This document shows positions 1 to 8,234 of a stretch of 64,000 nt of DNA, in pieces. Position 1 is the first letter of the stretch. The number at the start of each line of letters is the position of its first letter. A program made the translations under genes and the position numbers. The notes under the pieces were generated by a model. The model ran no database searches, was not told the origin of the DNA, and saw only the letters and a program-made list of their open reading frames with translations. This DNA comes from a virus, in IMG/VR virus record IMGVR_UViG_3300021963_000051, positions 32,001 through 96,000 of that record; one strand, given 5' to 3'.

Positions 1-902
1 TTGGTAACAGAAAATTGCTGCATTTCATTTCTACTATATACGGGTAAGACTGTTACAGAGATAGTGCTTAACACTGGTACACTCGATACTGTGTCTGATC
101 CAAATTCACCTTGTGAATTAGCTTTTTTATAGGTAAAATAATCTACACTATCTGGATATTCAAATCTAAAATTTTGGATTACCACAGGTACATTATCAAA
201 CATAAAAGATCCATGTCCATTTAATCTACATACAGGAGGAGGAGCTCCTCTATCTACGTCGCTACCAAAACGCATTTTAGTTAAAGATCGAAGACAATGC
301 ATGGTGCTAATAAGAATATCAGCATCGTTTTCATTTGATACAGTGAATTTACCAGTTATAGAAATAGGATTTACCTTGCTTCTTTGATAAAAATATACAG
401 TATAATTACTGTGAATAGGTGCAGATGTACCATAATCAGCCCCTACTTCAAATTGAATCTGAGGTGTATAAGGGAATAAAATTCCGTGATGTAGGCTTAA
501 AGGTGCTGCTATTCCTTCTAAATATTTAGGTGGTACTTTTATTTTAACACGCAGATCTTTGCCCAATTTATTACCGCGTCTATCAATAAAGCTAGTTGTA
601 GTTTTGAAATCAGTTACTTTTTCTGCTCCAGCGGTAACTCCCGGAGGCAGTCTTTCCTGTATATTAAAAACTTTATTATTATTAGAAACCCTAGATTCAA
701 AGCCATTAGTAAGGTCGACTACTGAAGCATTTGAATATCTATCTGCTGTTTCTGCTTCACTGGCACTGGCATTTGTAGATGCTATACGATTTGTAGCCTG
801 CTGATCAGCTACTCGTTGTTCCTGCTGTTCTACGCTTATAGGGGCAGGATCTACCGATGTCGCGAGCTGTGTAGTAACTGATATAGGAGACAATGTGGAC
901 AT
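1..902 (-). CDS. Baseplate/tail-tube initiator-like protein (T4 gp48/gp54-like), partial, runs off the window start
   Basis: Not in the ORF track. Hand translation from ATG at 902 gives MSTLSPISVTT...GILFPYTPQI...HSNY...GAPPPVCRLNGHGSFMFDNVPVV, open to base 1. These motifs are typical of myophage tube-initiator proteins. Minus-strand TAAATA at 923-928. Confidence 0.6.
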   Translation of the reverse strand, partial: MSTLSPISVTTQLATSVDPAPISVEQQEQRVADQQATNRIASTNASASEAETADRYSNASVVDLTNGFESRVSNNNKVFNIQERLPPGVTAGAEKVTDFKTTTSFIDRRGNKLGKDLRVKIKVPPKYLEGIAAPLSLHHGILFPYTPQIQFEVGADYGTSAPIHSNYTVYFYQRSKVNPISITGKFTVSNENDADILISTMHCLRSLTKMRFGSDVDRGAPPPVCRLNGHGSFMFDNVPVVIQNFRFEYPDSVDYFTYKKANSQGEFGSDTVSSVPVLSTISVTVLPVYSRNEMQQFSVT

Positions 903-922
903 GATAAAAATTTGTTATTTTT

Positions 923-939
923 TATTTACCATATAAATA
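923..939. promoter_or_regulatory. Back-to-back late promoters: minus-strand TAAATA (923-928) and plus-strand TATAAATA (932-939)
   Basis: Match to the T4 gp55-dependent late promoter consensus TATAAATA, between divergent genes. Confidence 0.6.
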
Positions 940-954
940 AAGTGCGTTTTTCCA

Positions 955-983
955 TTGACAATCCCTACATTTTCTAGTACAAT
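955..983 (+). promoter_or_regulatory. Sigma70-type early promoter for the late sigma gene
   Basis: TTGACA (955-960), 17 bp, TACAAT (978-983). AAGGAA precedes the ATG at 1009. Confidence 0.75.
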
Positions 984-1008
984 TCCAAAAAAAAGGAATA
1001 ATAATACG

Positions 1009-1902
1009 ATGACTGTACCTAATAAAAGAGTCAAATATCTAAACAATCGAGATCTACTATCAGAAATTCACAAAAGCAAATGCTCTTTCAGCAGTTTTTC
1101 ACAAAAAGACTTTAGTCAACACGATATTATTGTTGCTGATCTCAAAAAAATTACACAAAAAATTATATTAGAAGCCAAAAAAAATCGTGCCAAGCGAATA
1201 GGAATTAAAAATTTTATCATAGAACGTGATCAGGGAAATAAAAAAGTCAAATTAGCAGACCTAATACCAGATTATAAAAAAATCCCTAAAACTGATATTA
1301 TCTTCAGAATAATGACCTACGATCATATTCCACTTAGCCCAGGTAGAAAAAAAAGCACCAAAACAACTTCCGATGCTCACGAAAAGATAAACTTCCCCCC
1401 GTTTCAACACTGGAAATTTAACGAAGAAGATGAGCTTGTTTGTGTAGGTAAAAGTCATTGGAAAGGCGGAATGAAAACTGGAAAATTTTCTAAAGAACAT
1501 GGACGCATTACCGAAGAACTAGGTAAGATGTTTATCAAACTTTCAGAAAGGTATGCTCAACGTAGCAACTGGCGTGGCTATACTTACATTGACGAAATGC
1601 GCGGGCAGGCTATTCTGCAACTCAGTCAAATTGGTCTACAGTTTGATGAATCAAAATCAGAAAATCCATTTGCTTACTATACAGCAGCGGTGACAAATTC
1701 ATTTACTCGTATTTTAAATATTGAAAAGAAAAATCAAAATATCAGAGACGACATGTTGATAGAAAACGGATTAACTCCAAGCAGTACAAGACAGCACGCT
1801 CATGAGTTCGCAGAAGAAACAGCTAGACAAGCTAATTTATATAAAAATACAAGATTACCGAAAGCCGAAGAAAACATAGAAGATGAAGAGGAAACTACTT
1901 GA
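1009..1902 (+). CDS. gp55: Late-transcription sigma factor (T4 gp55-like)
   Basis: YLNNRDLL, NWRGYTYIDEM and FDESKSENPFAYYT motifs; lies next to gp47/gp46 as in T4. Start moved to ATG 1009 because TTG 955 is the -35 box. Confidence 0.85.
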   Translation: MTVPNKRVKYLNNRDLLSEIHKSKCSFSSFSQKDFSQHDIIVADLKKITQKIILEAKKNRAKRIGIKNFIIERDQGNKKVKLADLIPDYKKIPKTDIIFRIMTYDHIPLSPGRKKSTKTTSDAHEKINFPPFQHWKFNEEDELVCVGKSHWKGGMKTGKFSKEHGRITEELGKMFIKLSERYAQRSNWRGYTYIDEMRGQAILQLSQIGLQFDESKSENPFAYYTAAVTNSFTRILNIEKKNQNIRDDMLIENGLTPSSTRQHAHEFAEETARQANLYKNTRLPKAEENIEDEEETT

Positions 1903-1927
1903 CATTTATATCTGTAGTTGCTATTAT
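1899..1927 (+). promoter_or_regulatory. Sigma70-type promoter for the gp47-gp46 operon
   Basis: TTGACA (1899-1904), 17 bp, TATTAT (1922-1927) with extended TG; GAGGAG RBS at 1934-1939. Confidence 0.75.
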
Positions 1928-1944
1928 GCCACTGAGGAGTTTCT

Positions 1945-2958
1945 ATGGCATTGTTTAAAAAGGTAGCATGTTTCACAGACTTACATGTAGGTGCTAAATC
2001 AAATAGCACAGTCCATTTACAAGACTGTGAAGAATTTGTAGATTGGTTTATTGAAAATGCCCAACGTGAAAATTGCGAAACCGCAATCTTTCTCGGAGAT
2101 TGGAGCCATAACCGAAACAGTCTAAATTTATACACATTAGATACAAGTTTGAGATTATTAGAAAAACTTGGCGCAGCATTTGAACAATTCTTTTGGTTTC
2201 CAGGCAATCACGATCTGTTCTATAAAGATAAACGTGATATTCACAGTTCAGCATTTGGCAGGCATATTCCAGGCGTTACTGTCGTAGACACTGTGACCAC
2301 TCTAGGTGATGTAACTTTAGTTCCCTGGTTGATAGGTGACGAATGGAAAGCAATGAAAAGCGTAAAGAGCAAATATGTGTTCGGACATTTTGAACTACCG
2401 AAATTTATGATGAATGCCATGGTTCAGATGCCCGATCACGGCGAACTTCGTGCTGAAGATTTTCGAGGTCCTGACTATGTGTTTAGTGGGCACTTTCATA
2501 AACGTCAACAGAACGGTTGTGTGATATATATAGGCAATGCCTTTGCTCATAATTATTCAGATGCTTGGGATGATGATCGAGGAATGATGACCTTAGATTG
2601 GGGTGGAGAGCCAAAGTTTCACAACTGGGAAAATGCTCCGAAATTTAGAACAATCAAACTCAGTGACCTCATTGATCGCAAAGATGAACTGATGAAATCA
2701 AAAATGTATCTAAGAGTGAACCTAGATATAGATATAAGTTTTGAAGAAGCTAACTTCATTAAAGAAGAATTTACAAAAACATATGATATAAGAGAAATGA
2801 GTCTTATTCAAGATAAAAGTAACTTAGAAGCTTCTTATGAGGACAATCCAGATACTAAATTTGAAAGCATAGATCAAATTGTATCCGAGCAACTGACCAA
2901 TTTAGACAGCGGTAATTTTGACAAAAAACTATTAATGGACATTTACAATGACCTTTAA
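1945..2958 (+). CDS. gp47: Recombination endonuclease subunit (Mre11/SbcD-like)
   Basis: Metallophosphoesterase motifs DLH, GD, GNHD, GHF, SGHFH. Confidence 0.92.
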   Translation: MALFKKVACFTDLHVGAKSNSTVHLQDCEEFVDWFIENAQRENCETAIFLGDWSHNRNSLNLYTLDTSLRLLEKLGAAFEQFFWFPGNHDLFYKDKRDIHSSAFGRHIPGVTVVDTVTTLGDVTLVPWLIGDEWKAMKSVKSKYVFGHFELPKFMMNAMVQMPDHGELRAEDFRGPDYVFSGHFHKRQQNGCVIYIGNAFAHNYSDAWDDDRGMMTLDWGGEPKFHNWENAPKFRTIKLSDLIDRKDELMKSKMYLRVNLDIDISFEEANFIKEEFTKTYDIREMSLIQDKSNLEASYEDNPDTKFESIDQIVSEQLTNLDSGNFDKKLLMDIYNDL

Positions 2959-4735
2959 AATTCAATCATTAACAGTGAAGAATTTTATGAGTGTGGGCAA
3001 TCAAACTCAAGCCGTTGATTTTGATCAAGAGCAGTTGACCCTGGTGTTAGGATCTAATCTTGACCTGGGTGGCGATGACACAGGTTCCAGAAATGGCACA
3101 GGCAAGACCACAATAATCAACGCCTTGAGTTATGGCCTATATGGTCAGGCATTGACCAACATTAAAAAAGAAAATCTAATCAACAAGATCAATAATAAAC
3201 ATATGTTGGTCACAGTTGAATTTGAAAAGAACAATCTAAATTATCGCATCGAACGTGGTCGTAAACCCAACATTCTCAAATTATTTGTCAACAATCAAGA
3301 AATTACCGCAGACAATCAAGGAGACGATGAAAGCCAAGGTGACAGCAGAGAAACACAAAAGTCAATTGAACAAATGTTAGAAATGAGTCATACCATGTTC
3401 AAACACCTTGTGGCTCTCAATACCTATACCGAACCTTTCTTGGCCATGCGGGCTGCTGATCAACGTGAAGTTATTGAACAACTGTTAGGCATAACCCTAT
3501 TGTCAGCAAAGGCAGAAGAATTAAAAAATCGTATAAAAGAAAACAAAGATTTAATTGCCAGAGAAAATTTTAGAATTGAAGGTATCAAATCAGCCAACGA
3601 AAATGTTCAGAAGAGTATAGAAAGTCTAAAACTAAAAAGTTCGGCGTGGTTCAATAAACATGACCAAGAATTAGAATCATTAGGTCGTGCCATTGTTAAT
3701 CTTGAAGCAGTAGATATTGAAGCGGAGATACAGGCGCATACAGCCTTAAAAACGTGGTCGGACAATGATAAAAAATTAACCGGCTTAAGAAAACAAAAGG
3801 CAACTTTGGAAACTGCTGTCATGCAGGCAGAAAAGACTGTGAAAAAATACACAGCAGAAGTAGAAAAATTAAAAGATCATAAATGCCATGCTTGCGATCA
3901 AAAACTTCAAGATCATAAACATAAAGAAATGTTAGATGATGCTATCAAGCATAAGATAGAAGCAGATGAATATGCTTTAAAAGTAGTCAATGACTACGGA
4001 CTTGTTGTCAATGACATTGAAAAAATCGGCAACCAAGGAGCAAAGCCTACTACATTTTACGAAACTGAAGCAGAAGCATTAGGTCATAAAAACAATTTAG
4101 GCAACTTAGAAAAGGCACTGATACAAAAATCAGAAGAATCCAATCCCTATGAAGAACAAATTGATGAACTAAAAAATTCTGCCATACAAGAAATAGACTG
4201 GACAGTAATAAACGAATTGACCAAGTTGCGTGATCATCAGGACTTTCTTTTGAAATTGTTGACAAATAAAGATAGTTTCATACGAAAGCGTATTATCGAT
4301 CAAAATCTTTCATATCTTAATAAAAGGTTAAGTTATTATATTGACAAATTAGGATTACCGCATCGTGTGGTGTTTCAAAATGATCTCACAGTGGAAATAA
4401 CTCAACTGGGACAGGATTTAGACTTTGATAATCTCAGCAGGGGTGAACGTAATAGATTAATTTTGAGTATGAGTTTTGCCTTTAGAGACGTATGGGAAGG
4501 ACTATACCAACCTATCAACTTATTATTCATTGATGAACTTGTCGATTCGGGCATGGATTCAGCTGGTGTAGAAAGTGCTTTGGCAGTATTGAAAAAAATG
4601 GGCAGGGAACGTAATAAGAATATATACCTTATCAGTCACAAAGATGAGCTACAGGGCAGAGTAAACAACGTACTAAGAGTAGTAAAAGAAAATGGATTTA
4701 CTAGTTACTCAAACAGTTTAGAATATGTCAACTGA
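2948..4735 (+). CDS. gp46: Recombination ATPase subunit (Rad50/SbcC-like)
   Basis: Walker A NGTGKT, coiled coil with CHAC zinc hook, LSRGE signature, Walker B LLFIDE, ISH. Confidence 0.93.
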   Translation: MTFKIQSLTVKNFMSVGNQTQAVDFDQEQLTLVLGSNLDLGGDDTGSRNGTGKTTIINALSYGLYGQALTNIKKENLINKINNKHMLVTVEFEKNNLNYRIERGRKPNILKLFVNNQEITADNQGDDESQGDSRETQKSIEQMLEMSHTMFKHLVALNTYTEPFLAMRAADQREVIEQLLGITLLSAKAEELKNRIKENKDLIARENFRIEGIKSANENVQKSIESLKLKSSAWFNKHDQELESLGRAIVNLEAVDIEAEIQAHTALKTWSDNDKKLTGLRKQKATLETAVMQAEKTVKKYTAEVEKLKDHKCHACDQKLQDHKHKEMLDDAIKHKIEADEYALKVVNDYGLVVNDIEKIGNQGAKPTTFYETEAEALGHKNNLGNLEKALIQKSEESNPYEEQIDELKNSAIQEIDWTVINELTKLRDHQDFLLKLLTNKDSFIRKRIIDQNLSYLNKRLSYYIDKLGLPHRVVFQNDLTVEITQLGQDLDFDNLSRGERNRLILSMSFAFRDVWEGLYQPINLLFIDELVDSGMDSAGVESALAVLKKMGRERNKNIYLISHKDELQGRVNNVLRVVKENGFTSYSNSLEYVN

Positions 4736-5063
4736 AAAAATAGACGAATATAGAAGACTTTACTCAGAATACATCAGCCTAAGTGTAGATTTACATAACT
4801 ACCATTTAAGTTTTCTAAAATACAAAGGAGGAGAGACAGGAAGATCTTGTAAACGTACAATTAAAAAAATGAGGAAAATATTGTACTACATGGATAAAAT
4901 AAACTTTTTTGTTAGACGAGAACATTTAGATAATTGGAAAGCAGAAGTGGAAAGTAGAAAAACCATACAACCAGATGGTACAATTAAAGTAAAAAGAAAA
5001 ACACCCTACAAGAGAAAAGCAAAAAATGGAAACAACAACAACACAGCTACAAAAATTGTTTGA
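4725..5063 (+). CDS. Basic hypothetical protein, possibly a diverged paralog of the downstream Hc1-like protein
   Basis: 112-aa Lys/Arg-rich ORF overlapping both neighbours. Confidence 0.55.
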   Translation: MSTEKIDEYRRLYSEYISLSVDLHNYHLSFLKYKGGETGRSCKRTIKKMRKILYYMDKINFFVRREHLDNWKAEVESRKTIQPDGTIKVKRKTPYKRKAKNGNNNNTATKIV

Positions 5064-5223
5064 AGAATTTATAAAAGAAGATACTAAATTTACCAGCGGC
5101 AATGCAGCAGCAGGAACTCGTGCTCGTAAAGCTCTAGCAGAAATTTCTAAAACCGCCAAGGCTAGACGCAACGAAATTACAGAAGAAAAAAATGCTCGTA
5201 AGGAAGCTAAGGCAACCAAATGA
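5026..5223 (+). CDS. Histone H1-like (Hc1-like) small DNA-binding protein
   Basis: 65 aa with GNAAAGTRARKAL motif and a basic helical tail. Confidence 0.65.
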   Translation: METTTTQLQKLFEEFIKEDTKFTSGNAAAGTRARKALAEISKTAKARRNEITEEKNARKEAKATK

Positions 5224-5945
5224 TTGAAAATAAATTCAACGACTTATGTTGCAAAGTATGCGGTGGAAACACTAAAGTTTATGGTATAGTAGACTTCAAC
5301 AAAAGTTGCGAGGAATTGAATGGTAAATTTTTACCTTACTCAGGGCAAGCTGTTTATTATCATCAATGTACCAACTGCCAATTTATTTTCACAACAGACT
5401 TTGACAATTGGACATTGACAGATTTCTCAGATAAAATCTACAACGATGATTATGAATTAGTTGATCCCGAATATTGGGAAACTAGACCTAAAAATCTAGC
5501 TAAATGGATTCAACCCTTACTTAACGGTAACAAAGAACTAAACATTTTTGATTATGGTGCAGGAACCGCGGTGTTTGGTGATGAATTAGAAGATCAGGGA
5601 TATACAGTTGATTCTTGGGATCCATTATGGGAAGACCCGTTAGACGAAAGTAAAAAAAATTCTTATGATGTTGTTACAGCATTTGAAGTCTTAGAACATA
5701 GTCCTACTCCTTTTGAAACAGCTAAGGAAATAGCTGATTTCAGTAAAAAAGGAGAAGGACAATTAGTTATTATGACTTTAGCTAATGATATCATTAGAGG
5801 TGAAGGGGTAAACTATTGGTATTTGGCTCCAAGAAATGGACACGTTTGTATGCATAGTAATAAAAGTATAGAAATTTTATTCGACAAATTAGGAATGTAT
5901 GTTCAACATCTAGCTCCAAATACTCATATAGTTTCATGGAAATAG
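5220..5945 (+). CDS. Class I SAM-dependent methyltransferase with N-terminal Zn-binding region
   Basis: CKVC...CTNC; motif I IFDYGAGTA; YDVVTAFEVLEH. Confidence 0.8.
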   Translation: MIENKFNDLCCKVCGGNTKVYGIVDFNKSCEELNGKFLPYSGQAVYYHQCTNCQFIFTTDFDNWTLTDFSDKIYNDDYELVDPEYWETRPKNLAKWIQPLLNGNKELNIFDYGAGTAVFGDELEDQGYTVDSWDPLWEDPLDESKKNSYDVVTAFEVLEHSPTPFETAKEIADFSKKGEGQLVIMTLANDIIRGEGVNYWYLAPRNGHVCMHSNKSIEILFDKLGMYVQHLAPNTHIVSWK

Positions 5946-6380
5946 ATGTCATGGTATTATAAAAATGAAATAATAACCGAATTACCTGACACCACTGTAG
6001 GATTTGTATATATTATAACAAATAAAATTACAGGCAAAAAGTACATAGGCAAAAAATTATCTAAATTTAGCAAAACCACATACAAAACAATAAAATTAAA
6101 AAACGGCACAAAGAAAAAGAAACGAATCAAATCAAAAATAGACTCAGACTGGCAGACATATTACGGCTCAAACGATCAACTTTCAAAAGATGTAGCACAA
6201 TTAGGCACAGACAAATTTCATAGAGAAATATTATATTATTGTAAATCAAAAGCAGAATGTTCATACATTGAGGCACGAGAACAATTCACAAGAAAAGTAT
6301 TAGAATCAGACGAATATTACAACGGACAGATTTCTGTTCGTGTCCATGGCTCCCATATTAAAGGCAAATTACTCGGTTAA
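5946..6380 (+). CDS. Small GIY-YIG family endonuclease
   Basis: GFVYIITN...KKYIGKK, YYGS, later E and YYN residues typical of the GIY-YIG core. No obvious appended DNA-binding domain. Confidence 0.8.
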   Translation: MSWYYKNEIITELPDTTVGFVYIITNKITGKKYIGKKLSKFSKTTYKTIKLKNGTKKKKRIKSKIDSDWQTYYGSNDQLSKDVAQLGTDKFHREILYYCKSKAECSYIEAREQFTRKVLESDEYYNGQISVRVHGSHIKGKLLG

Positions 6381-6793
6381 AGGCTAGCGCAGGCTAAATT
6401 CATGCGCCCTAGACCTGGACTTCGTGTCGCAGGGATGGATCGCTCACCGCCGAAGTGAGAACTCAACCACTACCCTACCCGGATGAAGATCACTAATCGC
6501 CGTGATTTGGTTGTTTGAATAGGTTAAACCCAAGGCAAAAAGACGCTCTTAATAGAGCACGTTTTACAAGTATGATAGCGTATACGTGTAAAGCCGCCGT
6601 TGTATGAAGACTGGGATGGAGGTACCGGACAACCGCCTCTGCTAAACACCCTAACGCTGTGTGACTATGCTACTCAGATGATGCCAAACTTCGCCCGCCC
6701 TGGGCGAAGTGTGACCACTTAATCTAGATGATACTAAAAGACAAAAACGCTTCGAGTCTCGTAGACGAAGAAGCGAACGAACGCAGTTCGTTC
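6381..6793 (+). ncRNA. Candidate large structured non-coding RNA (or structured DNA element such as an origin)
   Basis: About 50% GC by my count in an AT-rich genome, no credible ORF, at least 9 hairpins (e.g. 6414-6433, 6443-6459, 6464-6513, 6563-6592, 6688-6710, 6748-6775, 6775-6793), G-U pairs on the plus strand, and a 7-bp pseudoknot. Confidence 0.65.
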
Positions 6794-6794
6794 A

Positions 6795-6800
6795 TAAATA
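6795..6800 (+). promoter_or_regulatory. Late promoter (TAAATA)
   Basis: Lies 20 nt upstream of ATG 6821, right after the last hairpin. Confidence 0.55.
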
Positions 6801-6820
6801 TTAAAATATCAATACAAAAA

Positions 6821-8233
6821 ATGAAATTATCAAATATTATTATAGAACAACATTTAAAAGATGGATTAATTCTATTAGAGTCTGTATGTCAAAATCTGAC
6901 TGAGGAACAATCTAGGATTATTAAGGGAATTTATAATGAATTTAAACCTTTAATAGAAGCAAGTTTAAGCCAAGATCAGATACTACAAGTATTCACAGGT
7001 GTTGAACAACAGGCAACAGGATCGGGTAATAATAGGACACTGATAGGTAAAGGGGTTGATCTTAAAAATCAAGTAAACGATATAATCAATAAAACAGGGC
7101 AATGGCTTCAAAATACCGCTCCGGTACAGTTCGCTGATCAGAAGTTTGAAGAACTTAAAACAAAAGTTGCTGCTAAGTTCCCTAACTTAGATCGTCAACT
7201 TACTGATCTTGGTACCTGGATGAAAGACAATCCAGGTAAAAGTGCTGCTATCATTGGCGTATTAACTGCTATTGCTTCATTGGCGGGTGGACCTGCAGGT
7301 GGTGCTATAGCTGGACAGGCTCTTAGGGGTGCTGCTGAACTTATAAAAGGTGAAAAACTTTCAACTGCTGTTGGAAAGGGTATTAAAACTGCGGCATTAG
7401 GTTATCTTTCAGGTAAAGCATTTCAGATGCTTGGCGACTGGGTAGGTAGTTTTAGAGAACAATCAATACCATTTGGTCCGGAAAATACTGGCCTTGAAAA
7501 AGTTAGTTGGGGTGCTCGCAGTTCGATTACAGGTCCTGGAATGGAATGGACAAGGACTACACAGGGATTTAACGCATTAGTTCGTCCTCAAGAAGCAGAA
7601 GTCATTAGAACAGCAATGGCAGGAATCAAAGCAGGAGAACCTGGTGCATTTGATACATTGTATAAGGTAGCAAGAGAAGTAAACTCAAAAGAATATAAGC
7701 AGGCCTTAAATGGTGTAGTTCAAGGAGCCTGGGAAGCAGCTAAGTCTAATGATAGTATACTTCAATTTATTAACGTTACAAAACAAGGATTGCAAGCAGG
7801 TGCGCAAGGTGCTGTTGCAGCGTCAACTGGCAGCAAATCTACTACAAAAACAGAAAGTTTAACTAAATCCACAATAAACAAATTATTTTATAATGTAGAT
7901 CGAGCCAATATGGTATTAGATGAAGGTATATTTGATAAGATTAAACAATTTGGTCAAAACTTAACCACTAAGATCACCGCAGATAAATTAAAAACAGCGT
8001 GGACTAAGGCAGGGTCTCCTACAGATAGCGATCAAGTTGCACATTTTTTAAAACAGGCCGGTGTAAATGACACTATAATTTCTAAGGTGTTTGGTGATAT
8101 GAATATTTCTTATTCGGGAAAAACAACACCTTCAACTAACAATCAAACGGTAAATACCAATGATATTGTAGTGAGAATACAAAAACTAACTCCTGCGCAA
8201 CAAAAAGAAATTTTAGCCTTACTAGGGAAATAA
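6821..8233 (+). CDS. Hypothetical protein, putative internal head/ejection protein
   Basis: Start moved from 6728 (inside the structured element) to ATG 6821. Has a hydrophobic Gly-zipper AAIIGVLTAIASLAGGPAGGAIAG and hydrophobic-x-E motifs (LLLES, LIEAS, VLDEG). Confidence 0.6.
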   Translation: MKLSNIIIEQHLKDGLILLESVCQNLTEEQSRIIKGIYNEFKPLIEASLSQDQILQVFTGVEQQATGSGNNRTLIGKGVDLKNQVNDIINKTGQWLQNTAPVQFADQKFEELKTKVAAKFPNLDRQLTDLGTWMKDNPGKSAAIIGVLTAIASLAGGPAGGAIAGQALRGAAELIKGEKLSTAVGKGIKTAALGYLSGKAFQMLGDWVGSFREQSIPFGPENTGLEKVSWGARSSITGPGMEWTRTTQGFNALVRPQEAEVIRTAMAGIKAGEPGAFDTLYKVAREVNSKEYKQALNGVVQGAWEAAKSNDSILQFINVTKQGLQAGAQGAVAASTGSKSTTKTESLTKSTINKLFYNVDRANMVLDEGIFDKIKQFGQNLTTKITADKLKTAWTKAGSPTDSDQVAHFLKQAGVNDTIISKVFGDMNISYSGKTTPSTNNQTVNTNDIVVRIQKLTPAQQKEILALLGK

Positions 8234-8234
8234 C

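Noticed and set aside
559-804. 81-aa plus-strand ORF
   Set aside because: It is antisense to the longer, motif-bearing minus-strand gene at 1-902.
6659-6738. CRISPR or bona fide TIGR array
   Set aside because: Only two units with 10-nt variable parts, and no cas or Nop-domain gene in the window. Kept only as an unexplained repeat.
6381-6793. Group I intron, tmRNA, RNase P RNA, tRNA or hammerhead ribozyme as the identity of the structured element
   Set aside because: The flanking genes are intact and unrelated, so there is no split exon. I found no P7 S-element (AAGATATAGTC-like), no tRNA-like ends, no GAGGAAAGTCC, and no CTGATGA...GAAA core.
6728-6820. N-terminal extension of the 501-aa ORF
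   Set aside because: It overlaps the hairpins and lies upstream of the late promoter; ATG 6821 is the better start.
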